DNA from: Eledone cirrhosa
Taxonomy: Eukaryota
DNA: 64,000 nucleotides
Reading direction: 5' to 3'
NCBI GenBank assembly: GCA_964016885.1
Contig: OZ024751.1
Span: forward strand, 35,526,001 to 35,590,000
The translations under genes were made by a program, and so were the position numbers. The notes below the pieces were generated by a model. That model was not told the DNA's origin, did not search any database, and saw only the letters and a list, made by a program, of their open reading frames with translations. The stretch's first letter is position 1; each line of letters starts with the position of its first letter. Below are positions 12,951 through 26,288 of the stretch, one piece after another.

Positions 12951-12981
<31 letters not shown>

Positions 12982-14240
12982 TGTGTGTGTGAGAGAGAGA
13001 GAATGTGTGTGTGAGAGAGAGAGAATGTGTGTGTGAGAGAGAGAGAGATTGACTGGTTTTACCACTGACACCAGCTAAAACAGTTGTAGTGAAGACATAG
13101 GATTAGATAAAGGTTAGTGAGAGAAAGATCGAGAAAGGTTGGTTAGGGTTAAGCACAGGAAAAGGAAAATGGAGAGAATTCAACATATATGCCTTCACTC
13201 ACATTCGACTGTCAGTCACTCATAGGACATTTTGACTCACTCACACTCATACTGTTCTTTTTATCTCAACTCAACCTCCTCTCAAGTTTTACTTTACTTT
13301 TCAAAAATCTTCGACACCTCTCTCCTCACTCTCTCTTATAATCTGTCTTTCTGTTTAGCTTTTACCGCTCTCATTATACTTTGTATTTTTCTATCTCTGT
13401 CACCCACTCACTCTCTTTAAACTCTCTCTCTCTCTCTCTGTCACTCACTCCTCTTCATTTCCTTTCTTACATTTCAAACCAACACTCATCTTATATAAAA
13501 GCACACTCCTCTATGTGAATAAAAGCTTAGCTTTGACATATACATACATACACACATACACACATACACACATACAGGCATACACCCCTACATACATACA
13601 GATGTACATACCTACATACACACATACACACATACAGACATACACCCCTACATACATACATATGTACATACCTACATACACACATACATACATACACACA
13701 TACACACATACACACATACAGACATACACCCCTACATACATACAGATGTACATACCTACATACACACATACACACATACACACATACAGATATACATACC
13801 TACATACATACATACAGATATACATACCTACATACATACATACTGACGGCTGAATACATAAATACATACATACCCAACCGGCCTGATATTGTTGTTTGGG
13901 ACCACAGATTAAGAGCAAGTCCTGTTGTAGAAGTCAGTTGCCCACTTCATGTCAATGTTGTAAGAAAAATACAAGAGAAAAAAAGGACCCCATAACCTTC
14001 AAACATTTCCTGGACAAATTCCTCCCCTAAAAATCCCAGATAATCCCCTCTCCCTTACACCCGGATATATTTTCTCCAAACAACAAGTCTTTATTCATGT
14101 GGGTTAAGGTGTCCAAAGTATGGGCTCATAAGACTTCACCAGGGGATGATTTATCTGGACCAATACTTGCTGAAACCTATCAAAGACATCAAAGTTAAAC
14201 TCACACACACACACACGCACACACACGCACACACGCACAC

Positions 14241-14335
<95 letters not shown>

Positions 14336-14362
14336 CACGCACACACGCACACACACGCACAC

Positions 14363-14411
<49 letters not shown>

Positions 14412-14412
<1 letters not shown>

Positions 14413-14634
14413 CTAGGGCGGGTAAAATTCCCGTTATCCATGGACGAGTTCTCTCCAGCGGTCTCTGTCCCTCATTATCGCTGCCATGTGAGACCAGTGT
14501 CTATCTTTAGGGCATCAACATACGTTAACCTCGGTCTTCCTCTTCCAGTGTGTCCAGCTCTGAGTTCTTCATCCTCAGTGTATACTGATTAATGTTCACA
14601 GCCATCCTCACCATTCTCGTGTAGCACCCATCCA

Positions 14635-14637
<3 letters not shown>
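14412..14637 (-). mobile_element. RTE-clade LINE 3' end, internally deleted
   Basis: Minus-strand translation GRGRPRLTYVDALKIDTGL...MAAIMRDRDRWRELVHG; flanked by (TA)n. Confidence 0.7.
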
Positions 14638-14683
<46 letters not shown>

Positions 14684-14686
<3 letters not shown>

Positions 14687-14955
14687 ACTCTGGATGTCGG
14701 TGAGCATGTCCAGCTAACCTCAGTCTCCTCTGTGTCACTTTTGAGCTGACTTTTGGGATGCTCCCATACAGCTCTGAGTTTTTCATCCTCAGTGTATACT
14801 GATTAATGTTCAGAGCCATCCTCAGCATTCTCGTGTAGCACCCATCCACCATCTGAGTGAGTTTCTGTTGGAGACGCAGGACATGGCAGCGATAATGAGG
14901 GACAGAGACCGCTGGAGAGAACTCGTCCATGGATCTCGGGAATTTTACCCGCCTT

Positions 14956-14959
<4 letters not shown>
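14684..14959. mobile_element. RTE-clade LINE 3' end with an inverted upstream segment
   Basis: Minus strand 14684-14870 encodes VDGCYTRMLRMALNI...RRLRLAGHAHRHPEL; plus strand ~14876-14958 encodes QDMAAIMRDRDRWRELVHGSREFYPP*. Confidence 0.7.
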
Positions 14960-14993
<34 letters not shown>

Positions 14994-15098
14994 GAATAAT
15001 CGAGTATCGAAAAATCGGCGCACGAGTTCACGATAAACAAAATTCGACATGAGTGGCAGAGGGCTCAATAATGCAGATAAATCAGAGCTATATATATA

Positions 15099-15151
<53 letters not shown>

Positions 15152-15572
15152 TCTATTATTTTCTCTCGTTCAATTTTCAGGTGCAATAAGCAATTAAAGA
15201 GATGAATCGCAGGATCACCTTTAATTACAAGTCCACCATCTTAACTCACAAGGCCACACACCTACACAATAGTAACATTGTGGATACAACCATAATACAA
15301 CGACTGAGTCTATACGTGCTAGAAATACCAGCCAAATTTCCTCAAATTATTTCTTGGTTGTGACAGCAACACCCTGAAGAACATCATCATCATCAACATC
15401 ATCATCATCATCATTATCGCAACACAATGACTGAGCCTCTACAGAGTCTTAGAGCGTATTAGAAATAGCAGCCAAATTTCCTTCAAGTCATTCTGCTCCG
15501 TCTTCTTAAAATAGAGAAGGGTACATTAGCTAACATATTACTAGATATCCACTCCCTCGCACCCTCCACCAC

Positions 15573-15609
<37 letters not shown>

Positions 15610-15793
15610 TCACTGTCCATAACAAAAGCGGGGATGGTCATGGCTGACATGTGTTTGATCGTAGGTGTCTGCTTGATCAGGATTGTCATAAAACTCAACA
15701 AAAACAACGACATGAAAATATACCGATAATAGTCACCGAGTCACCAATAGACCTGTCACACCCTACACAACCATAGAACACAATAAAATAAAC

Positions 15794-15828
<35 letters not shown>

Positions 15829-16196
15829 GTATATATATATACATATATATATATATATTAGTTTATGAAATATGTATAGTGTTTTCGCGGAATTATCATT
15901 TTAAAGAAAGTTTCCAGTCCGGTTTTCCACACCCATACCAACGACGCCGCCACCATCGTCTCTACCATCACCTCCACCACCACTTTATATGACAACCGCC
16001 TCCACCATCGCCTTAACCACCACCACCACCACCACCACCACCACCACCACCACCACCACAGCAGCGGTGTTGTGTGTGTGTGTATATGTGTGTGTGTGTG
16101 CCTATCTGTTTGTAGGCGTGTGTGTGTATTATATACACGACCGCTGTTTATTAATATTTTTGAGTTGTCCTTTTTGATTTTTCAAACCCAATTCAG

Positions 16197-16760
16197 CGAC
16201 CCAGTGACCCAGCAACACAGTGACCCAGCGACACAGAGACCCAGCGACCCAGCGACCCAGCGACACAGAGACCAGCGACACAGAGACCCAGCGACCCAGG
16301 ACCCAGCGACACAGAGACCCAGCGACCCAGGACTCAGCGACACAGAGACCCAGCGACACAGAGACCCAGCGACCCAGCGACCCAGCGACACAGAGACCCA
16401 GCGACACAGAGACCCAGCGACCCAGCGACCCAGCAACACAGAGACCCAGCGACCCAGCGACACAGAGACCCAGCGACACAGAGACCCAGCGACCCAGGAC
16501 CCAGCGACACAGAGACCCAGCGACCCAGCGACCCAGCGACCCAGCGACCCAGCGACCCAGCGACACAGAGACCCAGCGACACAGAGACCCAGCGACCCAG
16601 CAACCCAGCGACCCAGCGACCCAGCGACCCAGCGACCCAGCGACACAGAGACCCAGCGACCCAGCGACCCAGCGACCCAGCGACACAGCGACTCAACGAC
16701 ACAGAGACCCAGCGACTCACCGACCCAGTGACTCAGCGGCTCAGCGATTCAGCGACTCAG
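16197..16760. repeat. 8-bp satellite (GACCCAGC / GACACAGA variants)
   Basis: Tandem array seen directly. Confidence 0.9.
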
Positions 16761-16927
16761 CGATCCAGTACTCTAGTTGGTTCAATACCACAACGACTCA
16801 ACATTCCAGTTGTCCAATGGATCTGAGGCTCAGCAGCCCAGTGGCCTCTGCTCAAACCGGACAACAAGTCCAGTCCCCTTCTGTGGGAAGATTTCATCAC
16901 CCCCACCCACGAAAAACGGTAATGTAG
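16761..16927 (+). CDS. Possible terminal coding exon of an unknown gene (low confidence)
   Basis: Non-repetitive open frame IQYSSWFNTTTTQHSSCPMDLRLSSPVASAQTGQQVQSPSVGRFHHPHPRKTVM* after CAG (16758-16760); AATAAA at 16964; pyrimidine-rich acceptor-like site at ~16170-16196; no recognised homology. Confidence 0.2.
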
Positions 16928-17586
16928 CCGGAACAATTGCGAAGCCTCTAGCAGATAGTTTCTAATAAAGCAGTGATGTGGTGGAGTTGTTTGTGGCGGT
17001 GTTAAAACTAGGCAGATGACATATATAACTAGAAACCCCACCAAAAAAAAACACACACACAACAAATAACAAACAACAACAGAAAAACAATACAAACAAT
17101 AACAACCATAATAAAAAAATATAATAAAAAATAAATTTATAAAACAACAAAGAAATACAAAAAAAAATAAGAGAAAGGAAGTCGCCTCAGTTTCCCAATT
17201 ATAGGATTATCATTATTATTATTGTTGTATGTATATATTTTCAATTGTTCAAAGCACATGTTCTATATTTGATCTCCTCTTACTACCACCACTCTTACTA
17301 CTCCTACTCCACCTCCTCCTACTCCTCCTGCTCAGCTTTCTACTTTGTCCTTCCTCTCTTCACCTCCTCTCTCTATCTAGTCACTCTCTCTCTCTATCTA
17401 CACTCGCGTTCTAGCTCTATCTATCTATCTGTCTCTACAACCCACCATAACAACATTTACACTGGAGTTATGGCGCGGAGGCCACATGAAATTTTTACCG
17501 GCTATCGGAGGAATTCTCTACTAAATAATAGACAAGGTAGGGAATAAACCTTGTTGAACTTGAGATATCGATAAATGTACTAACAC

Positions 17587-17647
<61 letters not shown>

Positions 17648-17840
17648 GTTCATGTATGTTTATATATATACATATGTATATATGTATATATATACATATG
17701 TATATATATATATATATATATATAGTGAGTGTATATATGTATGTATACATATGTGTGTGTATAAATATATATATATATATGTTTGTGTATGTATATATGT
17801 GTATATATATATATATCTATATGTGCGTTTATATACATTT

Positions 17841-17941
<101 letters not shown>

Positions 17942-18073
17942 CTTTTTCTGTAGTACTCGTGAAAATATATTTGTCTCAGGGAGATTTCTACTCAAAGAAA
18001 TAAGAGACTTCTGTGGGGTATATAGTGTGATTTATTTTGAATTCCCTTTACATTTACACGTCTCAACACCATC

Positions 18074-18120
<47 letters not shown>

Positions 18121-18871
18121 TATGTATGTATATACACCCGAACACACACACACACACACACATCTATATATATACACACACGCATACATATATGTGAATG
18201 TATATTTCTAGTATCTATCTCTGTGTGTTTAAGCATGTCTATGTGCGTGTGTTTGTGTTTGTATGTGTATGTGTTTGAATGTTTTTGTGTGTGTGTGTGT
18301 GTTTGCTTGTGTGTGTGTGTGTTGGTTTGTGTTTGTGTGTGTGTGTGTTTGTTTGTTTGTTTGTGTTTGTGTGTGGTTTTGTGTATGTTTATCGATACCT
18401 AACCTTTTAGCATCGCAATCGATGTATGTACATATGTATATATGTAAGTTTATGTATATACACACATACACACACGTCCATACACACACACACCTAACTT
18501 AGCCCGCTACAGTCAATCTATTCCATACAATTTGGTAGTCTCCTGCACCAAAACAAATCTGTATTCGCTGCTGTTTCGCACTCCCTACCCTCATTCAGTA
18601 GCTAGCAAACTCGGCCCCTAAACGACCCTTAAAGTCCTTATAGACCTGACAATACCTTACAGACCTCACAGGTAGAGGGGAGAGGCTTTAACTGGGCCTT
18701 TATTTTACCGACCCGACCCCCGAGGGGAAGGACGAAAGGGATAGCTAATGCTGGAACGATTCGAATACGGAAACTAATTCGCTGAAATAACTACTGCAAG
18801 GTATTATTTAGTGGAAAGCTCTTTTATAATCCCTCAGACTGACCGGCCTGGACTAGGATACTTATACTTAT

Positions 18872-18990
18872 AGGTGATCGATATCGGAAAGATGAAGAGC
18901 AAAGTTGATCGCGATTAGATTTGAACTCTGAACGGGAAGAGCCGGAACAAATACAGCAAGGTATTTATTCCGATGCTCTAACGACTCAAC
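18872..18990 (-). mobile_element. SINE, diverged
   Basis: GATTTGAACTCTGAACG...GATGCTCTAACGACTC is the reverse complement of the SINE head. Confidence 0.65.
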
Positions 18991-19031
18991 ACACACATAC
19001 AGACAGAGAGAGAAGCACACACACGCACACG

Positions 19032-19078
<47 letters not shown>

Positions 19079-19240
19079 GCGTGTGTGTATAGACGTGTTG
19101 TATACTTTACACACACTCACACATATATGTATATATACAAATATGTATATATACAAATATTTCTTGTATGTAAGCATGTAATGTTTATGTGTGTGTGTAA
19201 ATGCAAGTGTGTATATACAAGTGTATATATATATATACAA

Positions 19241-19283
<43 letters not shown>

Positions 19284-19316
19284 AGTGTGTATATATATAT
19301 ATATATATATATACAA

Positions 19317-19377
<61 letters not shown>

Positions 19378-19378
19378 A

Positions 19379-19439
<61 letters not shown>

Positions 19440-19719
19440 AGTGTATATATGTGTATGTATGTACCATATAAGTGTATGTATATATATTTGAAATAAGAGG
19501 GGAGGGTGTGAGGATGATTGTTGATTTGCCAAAATGTGTCGTGATGATATATGGGAAAGCTGGAAACTTGGTGTATATATATATATATATACACCATATA
19601 TATATATATAAGCACTCACATACATCTATATATGTATGTGTATTATAGGGTAAAATATTAAGCGTATATATATATATAACACATATATATAAATACTTAC
19701 ATACACATACATATGTGTG

Positions 19720-19767
<48 letters not shown>

Positions 19768-20107
19768 CACACACACACACATATATATTACATATACACA
19801 CTGATTATTTGTATTGAGTGGTCATTTACTTTATGTTTGTGTGTTTTAACTACTATGGTATTTTAAACACCCATTCCACTATATGTATGTAAGAGTGTGT
19901 ATGGCTGTGTATTTGTCTGTGTGTGTGTGTGTGTGTGTGTCTATGTGTGTGTATGTGAATGTGTGTACGGGTGTGTGTGTGTTAGTATGAATGTGTTTGT
20001 TTTTATTTATTATATAAAGGAATAACGAAGAAGTGGGTTATTGCAGTGCCTGTATGTATAATGTAAAATAATCAACCTTAACAAGTGGTGCGTCATCACT
20101 TTATATA

Positions 20108-20240
<133 letters not shown>

Positions 20241-20427
20241 GGAATACTGTTGGCTTTTTGCTACACTAATTTCTATACTTTTCATTTATATATATATGTA
20301 TATATATATATATAGTCTGCGGGGCTGAGACCGGGGAGACCACTAATAATGGGAGTACTCAATGCATGCAGAGTGGGTATAGAAACCACAAGGTACAGCG
20401 GTCGGGATTCCCCCCCCCCCCTCTCTC

Positions 20428-20483
<56 letters not shown>

Positions 20484-20903
20484 GTATATGTAATGTATAT
20501 AAGATATTTAATAGCTTGTAAGATAGTCACCATGATAGTATTACTAAACACACCTAAATGTTTGTACTCGATTCCTTGAAAACAGCTGGAAACAATACGA
20601 TTACACGCATACACACACATACATACACACACATATATACACACACACAGAACAGGCACACACACATATACACACTCACACATATATACAGGGGGGTCGG
20701 GGAATGACCACAGATATTACCAGATTTCCCATTGTGGTTAGGTGTGCTAAAACACAGGGCCCCGTTGGCGAGGACGGGAGTCCATCTTCCTGCCAAAACA
20801 TTTTCTTATCTCCTTCAGGGCTCAAGTAAGGGGCCTCATAATTTAACTAACACCAGGGCATCATTTATCCTAAATCCGACACTGTATATTATATATAGAA
20901 ATA

Positions 20904-20970
20904 ACTTCTACAGGACTAGGACGTTCCCGATGATTTCATACGAACGAAACAGTTCTAGCCTTGTAGAAGT
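20904..20970 (+). mobile_element. Hairpin family H3 copy with degenerate hammerhead
   Basis: Arms ACTTCTACAGGACTAG / CTAGCCTTGTAGAAGT around CCGATGA-TTTC-ATAC-GAAC-GAAAC; homologous to 22951-23001. Confidence 0.5.
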
Positions 20971-21022
20971 CATCCCTTTATAAAATAAATAAATATATAT
21001 ATATATATATAAAGTAATTTTA

Positions 21023-21236
21023 GCCTGATAGCGGGGTTTAGAACCCTCTAAGAAATGGTTACGTCCCTTTACGGTTTGAGTTCAAATCTCGCCGAGGTTA
21101 ACTTTGCCTTTCATCCTTACGGGGTCGATAAAATAAAGTACCAGTAATGTACTGGGTAATTGCTGGCCTTGTGCCAAAAGTAGAAGCAACTAATCTTTTT
21201 CCATTCCTTACAGGGCTCTAAGCCCCACTATCAGGC
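21023..21236. mobile_element. 36-bp inverted-repeat pair enclosing a SINE fragment (21059-21192, +)
   Basis: GCCTGATAGCGGGGTTTAGAACCCTCTAAGAAATGG vs reverse complement GCCTGATAGTGGGGCTTAGAGCCCTGTAAGGAATGG. Confidence 0.6.
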
Positions 21237-21952
21237 AAACATTTCTTTAGTCAGAAAATACGGCGAAAGCTTCTATTTCTAATTTCAAACTCTCTCGCTG
21301 TTTCAAAACATACTTACATATATATAAAGTATTAATAATGATCGATGCCGAATATATGAGCCAGTGTATTCAGTGTAAATATAGTTCACAGCCATGCGAC
21401 ATGTTTATATCCTAACTATAACACATGTCTCGCTAGCTAGTCATATCTTTCTACACCTTTCATACCGTTGTACGCTTGTGTAGATGTATGTATGTTTGTG
21501 TATATTATAGATGTATATATGTATGTATGTTTGTGTAGATGTGTATATTATAGATGTATGTATGTTTGTGTAGATGTATAGATGTATATATGTATGTATG
21601 TTGGTGTAGATGTATAGATGTATATATGTATGTATATTTGTGTAGATGTATAGATGTATATATGTATGTATGTTTGTGTATATTATATATATCTATACCT
21701 CAAACACCCCCAGACAGGAGCCCTAAATATATATAATTGTTTCTACTATTGGCACAAGGCCAGAAATTACTCAGTACATTACTGGTACTAAATATATATG
21801 ACAATCTCAATCATTTGAAGGGGTCTGACTTATTTTTTAATTTTTAGACTGTTTTTGTGGTCAGGAATTTTAGTCAGACCCCTTATATTTAACTTGCTTG
21901 AGGTTGTCTATATCCCTAGTAGATCGATATTTTATCGACCTGTCTGAGATGT

Positions 21953-21988
<36 letters not shown>

Positions 21989-21989
21989 G

Positions 21990-22045
<56 letters not shown>

Positions 22046-22498
22046 TCGCGCATTCCCCCCTCTTCCCCCTATCCTCTAACCAACTGTCATTTATCAACCG
22101 TCTTTCTGACTCTCTCTCTCCATCCCACTCCCCCTCCCCACTATATCCCCCCCCCCTCACTCCCCGACCCTCGGTCAAATGTCATTCACCACCACGTGCC
22201 CTCGACAATAATCACAACAGCACGTCAGTTCAAACGGAAGAGCGCCCAACTACATTACACATTACAACAACAACAGCAACAGCAACAACTGTTTCCTGGC
22301 TATGTGTTTCAATGTTGTATATACATATTTCCTAGTTCGATGAAATAGGTACCAGTAATTTACGGGGGTTTTGGTCTCAGTCAAGTAGTTCACCTTACAA
22401 ACAGTTGGCTGTATGTCCAGTTATATATCTATCGATACTGAAAATAGCATCTGTTGTAGTTATTAATGTTATATACACCTGCTAATACATACATATTT

Positions 22499-22537
<39 letters not shown>

Positions 22538-22912
22538 TACACACAGCCATACATATATACACATATATACACATATATACACATACTTGCATGCATACAT
22601 ACGGACAAGCGCATGTGTATGCGTCTCTCTCTCTCTTTCTCTCTCCATCACTCCTTGCCCCGTGTCCCTCTCTCTCTATATATATATGTGCGTGTATGTA
22701 TATATATTTGGGTGTATATACACAGGTATACACCCAAATGTAAGTATTTTCCCACACGTGTCTATATTAAGTCGTTGTACTCATTAATATGGTAATCGAT
22801 TCCTGGGATAGTAAAATGTATGCTCTGTTTAACTACATTGAGCTATACCTTTTACTGTCATTTCTATAATACGAAGAGGGTGTTTAACTCCAACACGCTC
22901 CAGTATTTTAAC

Positions 22913-22949
<37 letters not shown>

Positions 22950-22950
22950 C

Positions 22951-23001
22951 AGATTCCTGATGATTTCTAAAGAATGAAACAGTTCTAGTCCTGTAGAATC
23001 T
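22951..23001 (+). ncRNA. Type-I hammerhead ribozyme motif (family H3)
   Basis: AGATTC-CTGATGA-TTTC-TAAA-GAAT-GAAAC-AGTTCTA-GTC-CTGTA-GAATCT immediately after (TA)n; T-T mismatch at the base of stem II. Confidence 0.5.
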
Positions 23002-23083
23002 CATCTATATTAAAACTTTTATACTCTGCTATGTATTACTTACTTACTGTGGTTACCTCCGATTCAACCCGGAATAACTTACC

Positions 23084-23122
<39 letters not shown>

Positions 23123-23147
23123 ATGGTTCTGTGTAGACCCCCCCCCC

Positions 23148-23195
<48 letters not shown>

Positions 23196-23225
23196 ATGGT
23201 TCTGTGTAGAACCCCCCCCCCCCAC

Positions 23226-23286
<61 letters not shown>

Positions 23287-23407
23287 TGTTGTGCTTGTGC
23301 GACATTTTCAGGTATATTTATAGAATAACCTCCCCCCCCCCATCACCCTCACTAACGGTCCATTTCACTGACCCAATAATCTGCCAGACATTTGGATGTA
23401 TCTACTT

Positions 23408-23458
<51 letters not shown>

Positions 23459-23796
23459 ATAACATATAACACTCTCTCTCACACACACACTCACACACAC
23501 ACACACACATACAGTCTCACTCACACCTTCACACACACACCAGTGTCTCTTCTCTCCATCTCTCGCTTTCTTTTTTTTTCTCATACATATACATACATAG
23601 GTACATACACACAGACACACACATACATAACTGCGACACGGACATATATGCACACACACAGACACATACATACACACACACATACACATACACAGACACA
23701 TACATACACACACACACACACACAGACACACACACAGACACATACATACACACACACAGACACATACACATACACACAAAAAGATGTGGGAAATTG

Positions 23797-23925
23797 GTAG
23801 AGTGGTTAGAATGTCAGATAGAATACCTTGCGGTATTGGTTTCGGCTCTCTGGTATCTGAGTTCAAATCCCACCCAGGTCAACTTTGCCTTTCATCTATT
23901 AGAGGTCAATAAAAAAGAGGACCAG
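23797..23925 (+). mobile_element. SINE (Meta/MESC-like)
   Basis: TGGTAGAGTGGTTAGAATGTC...CTGAGTTCAAATCCCACCCAGGTCAACTTTGCCTTTCATC. Confidence 0.75.
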
Positions 23926-24139
23926 TCAATTCTTCTTCTCTATCTCTTTTTCACACTTGCCCCTTCTCACTTCCTCTCTCTTCCTTTCCTTCTCCAGAAG
24001 AAGGATCAACTGTGTTCCCACCTGGGGAGGAGGAGATGGGACCCACCAGATTTAATATGTCCAGCATACTCTACTATATGTCACTACGGCACCCCTTTCG
24101 ACTCCATTAGGGCTTACCGGTTCATACATATATACATGA

Positions 24140-24435
24140 TGATGGCTGCCCCCTCGTTATCGAGTATGGCCATTGCACGATATACCATTATTAATAATTA
24201 TTAATTAATTCTATCGTGCAATGCCTGTGCGTGAAGATATTTTTAAAGTGAGGAAAGACTGTGCACTGAGCCAATCCCACTCTCTGAGCGACAGTAGCTA
24301 TAACCTGAAAAGAAGAAAAGATCAACATCATCGGTAACTACTGAGCTCCAGGGTTTTATATCGGAGTTACCCAGTTTCTTGAGTTGCCTTCTCCTAGAAG
24401 AATGCCCTGACAAAGGCTAGGGGTCCTTCACTCTC
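24140..24435. repeat. Unclassified dispersed repeat (homologue at 28848-29255)
   Basis: Shared blocks TGGCTGCC..CTCGTT.TCGAGTA.GGCCA, TCAACATCAT.GG, CCTTCTCCTAGAA...TGACAAAGGCTA.GGG. Confidence 0.6.
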
Positions 24436-24780
24436 AGTGGTTTAACCACGCCATCGGGTGTCCAGCCCGATTATTTCTACACACATACATACACACAAAC
24501 GTATATAATACATGCATACACGCATACACAGACATATACACTTGCACACACACTTACACTCATACAAACAAGCACCCTCACCCACACACAAACATAGAAA
24601 CACGTGCTGTACGGTGCGGTCATTATTAACTACCGTAATACACTGGGTAATTGCTGGCCTTGTGCCTAAAGTAGAAACAATTATTAACTGAACTCACACA
24701 CAATTTTAATTATTATATATAAACATACAAACGGGCACACCCAAGATGTTTACATACACAGATGCATGTACTTGGTGGCA

Positions 24781-24841
<61 letters not shown>

Positions 24842-25103
24842 ATGCACATCAAAGACACGGACACCGGTGTTCGTACAGGTATATTCATAGCATTAATACA
24901 CTTTTCTCACAGACACTAATACATATATGCATAAATATCGGATCTCGTGCGAAACTATTTACCACACACACACACACACATACACACACTCACACACACA
25001 CACACACACACATGTATGTAATGTATGTATGTATGTATGTTTATAAGCATAGCTAAATATATCACCTGAAGCATAAAGAACGTGTGTGTGTATGTATATA
25101 TAT

Positions 25104-25160
<57 letters not shown>

Positions 25161-25181
25161 ATATATATATATATATATATA

Positions 25182-25359
25182 TAACGAAGGAGGTGTGGAA
25201 CAAGATGGACCATAACGCATCAGAGTACTCAATACTTAGGGTAGTAGAGTGTGTAATAGGAAAATGTTTGACCCTACGGCAGAGCTCAAGCCGTTTCGAC
25301 GGCTATAAATAGCCGTCGAAACGGCTTGAGCTCTGCCGTCGGGGTCAAACATTTTCCTA
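25182..25359. mobile_element. Hairpin family H1 copy
   Basis: TAACGAAGG...TAGGAAAATGTTTGACCC...GACGGCTA-TAAA-TAGCCGTC-GAAACGGC...GGGTCAAACATTTTCCTA in (TA)n. Confidence 0.8.
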
Positions 25360-25367
25360 CATATAAA

Positions 25368-25426
<59 letters not shown>

Positions 25427-25506
25427 TAATTATGCGAACCTAATGAATGTGGAAGGTAATTATCCCGACCCAAAACAAAACCAATTGTTTGTCAGTGAAA
25501 CTATTG

Positions 25507-25828
25507 CATACCATGTGACCAAACTATACCATACCATGTGACCAAACTATACCATACCATGTGACCAAACTATACCATACCACGTGACCAAACTATCCCA
25601 TACCATGTGACCAAACTATACCATACCATGTGACCAAACTATACCATACCACGTGACCAAACTATCCCATACCATGTGCCCAAACTATACCATACCACGT
25701 GACCAAACTATTCCATACCACGTGACCAAACTATTCCATACCACGTGACCAAACTATTCCGTACCATGTGACCAAACTATTCAGTACCATGTGACCAAAC
25801 TATCCCATACCATGTGACCAAACTATTC
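25507..25828. repeat. 23-bp minisatellite, ~14 copies
   Basis: Unit CATACCATGTGACCAAACTATAC. Confidence 0.95.
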
Positions 25829-26288
25829 CTTTGCCGCGTAAATATAACGACTTTCTCAGTCTTTTGTAACGAACGACTCTCACCACCACCGCCATCTCCA
25901 CCACCACCACAGTACCCGCCACACCACCACCACCACTAACACAACCACCACCTCCACCACCACCACAGTACCCGCCACACCACCACCACCACTAACACAA
26001 CCACCACCTCCACCACCACCACAGTACCCGCCACACCACCACCACCACTACAAAAGACATATCTCTATTGACACCCCCACCCCCACCACCACCACCACAC
26101 CACCACAACAGTCAATGTGTGGGGTGGGGGTTGACACATATATCCATAAATGGCCGTGAAGCAAATAATTAGATATGGTTGATTGGTTTTCCTTTATATT
26201 TGTTTGCAGTTTTTACCTAAATACCACAAAACATCAGATCTTCATATAACCTCAATGTGACTCACGTTTATTTCAAATGGAATAATTA

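Noticed and set aside
15160-15240. Splice-acceptor-like TTTTCAG at 15180
   Set aside because: All three frames stop within 25 nt; at most a non-coding exon, and unsupported.
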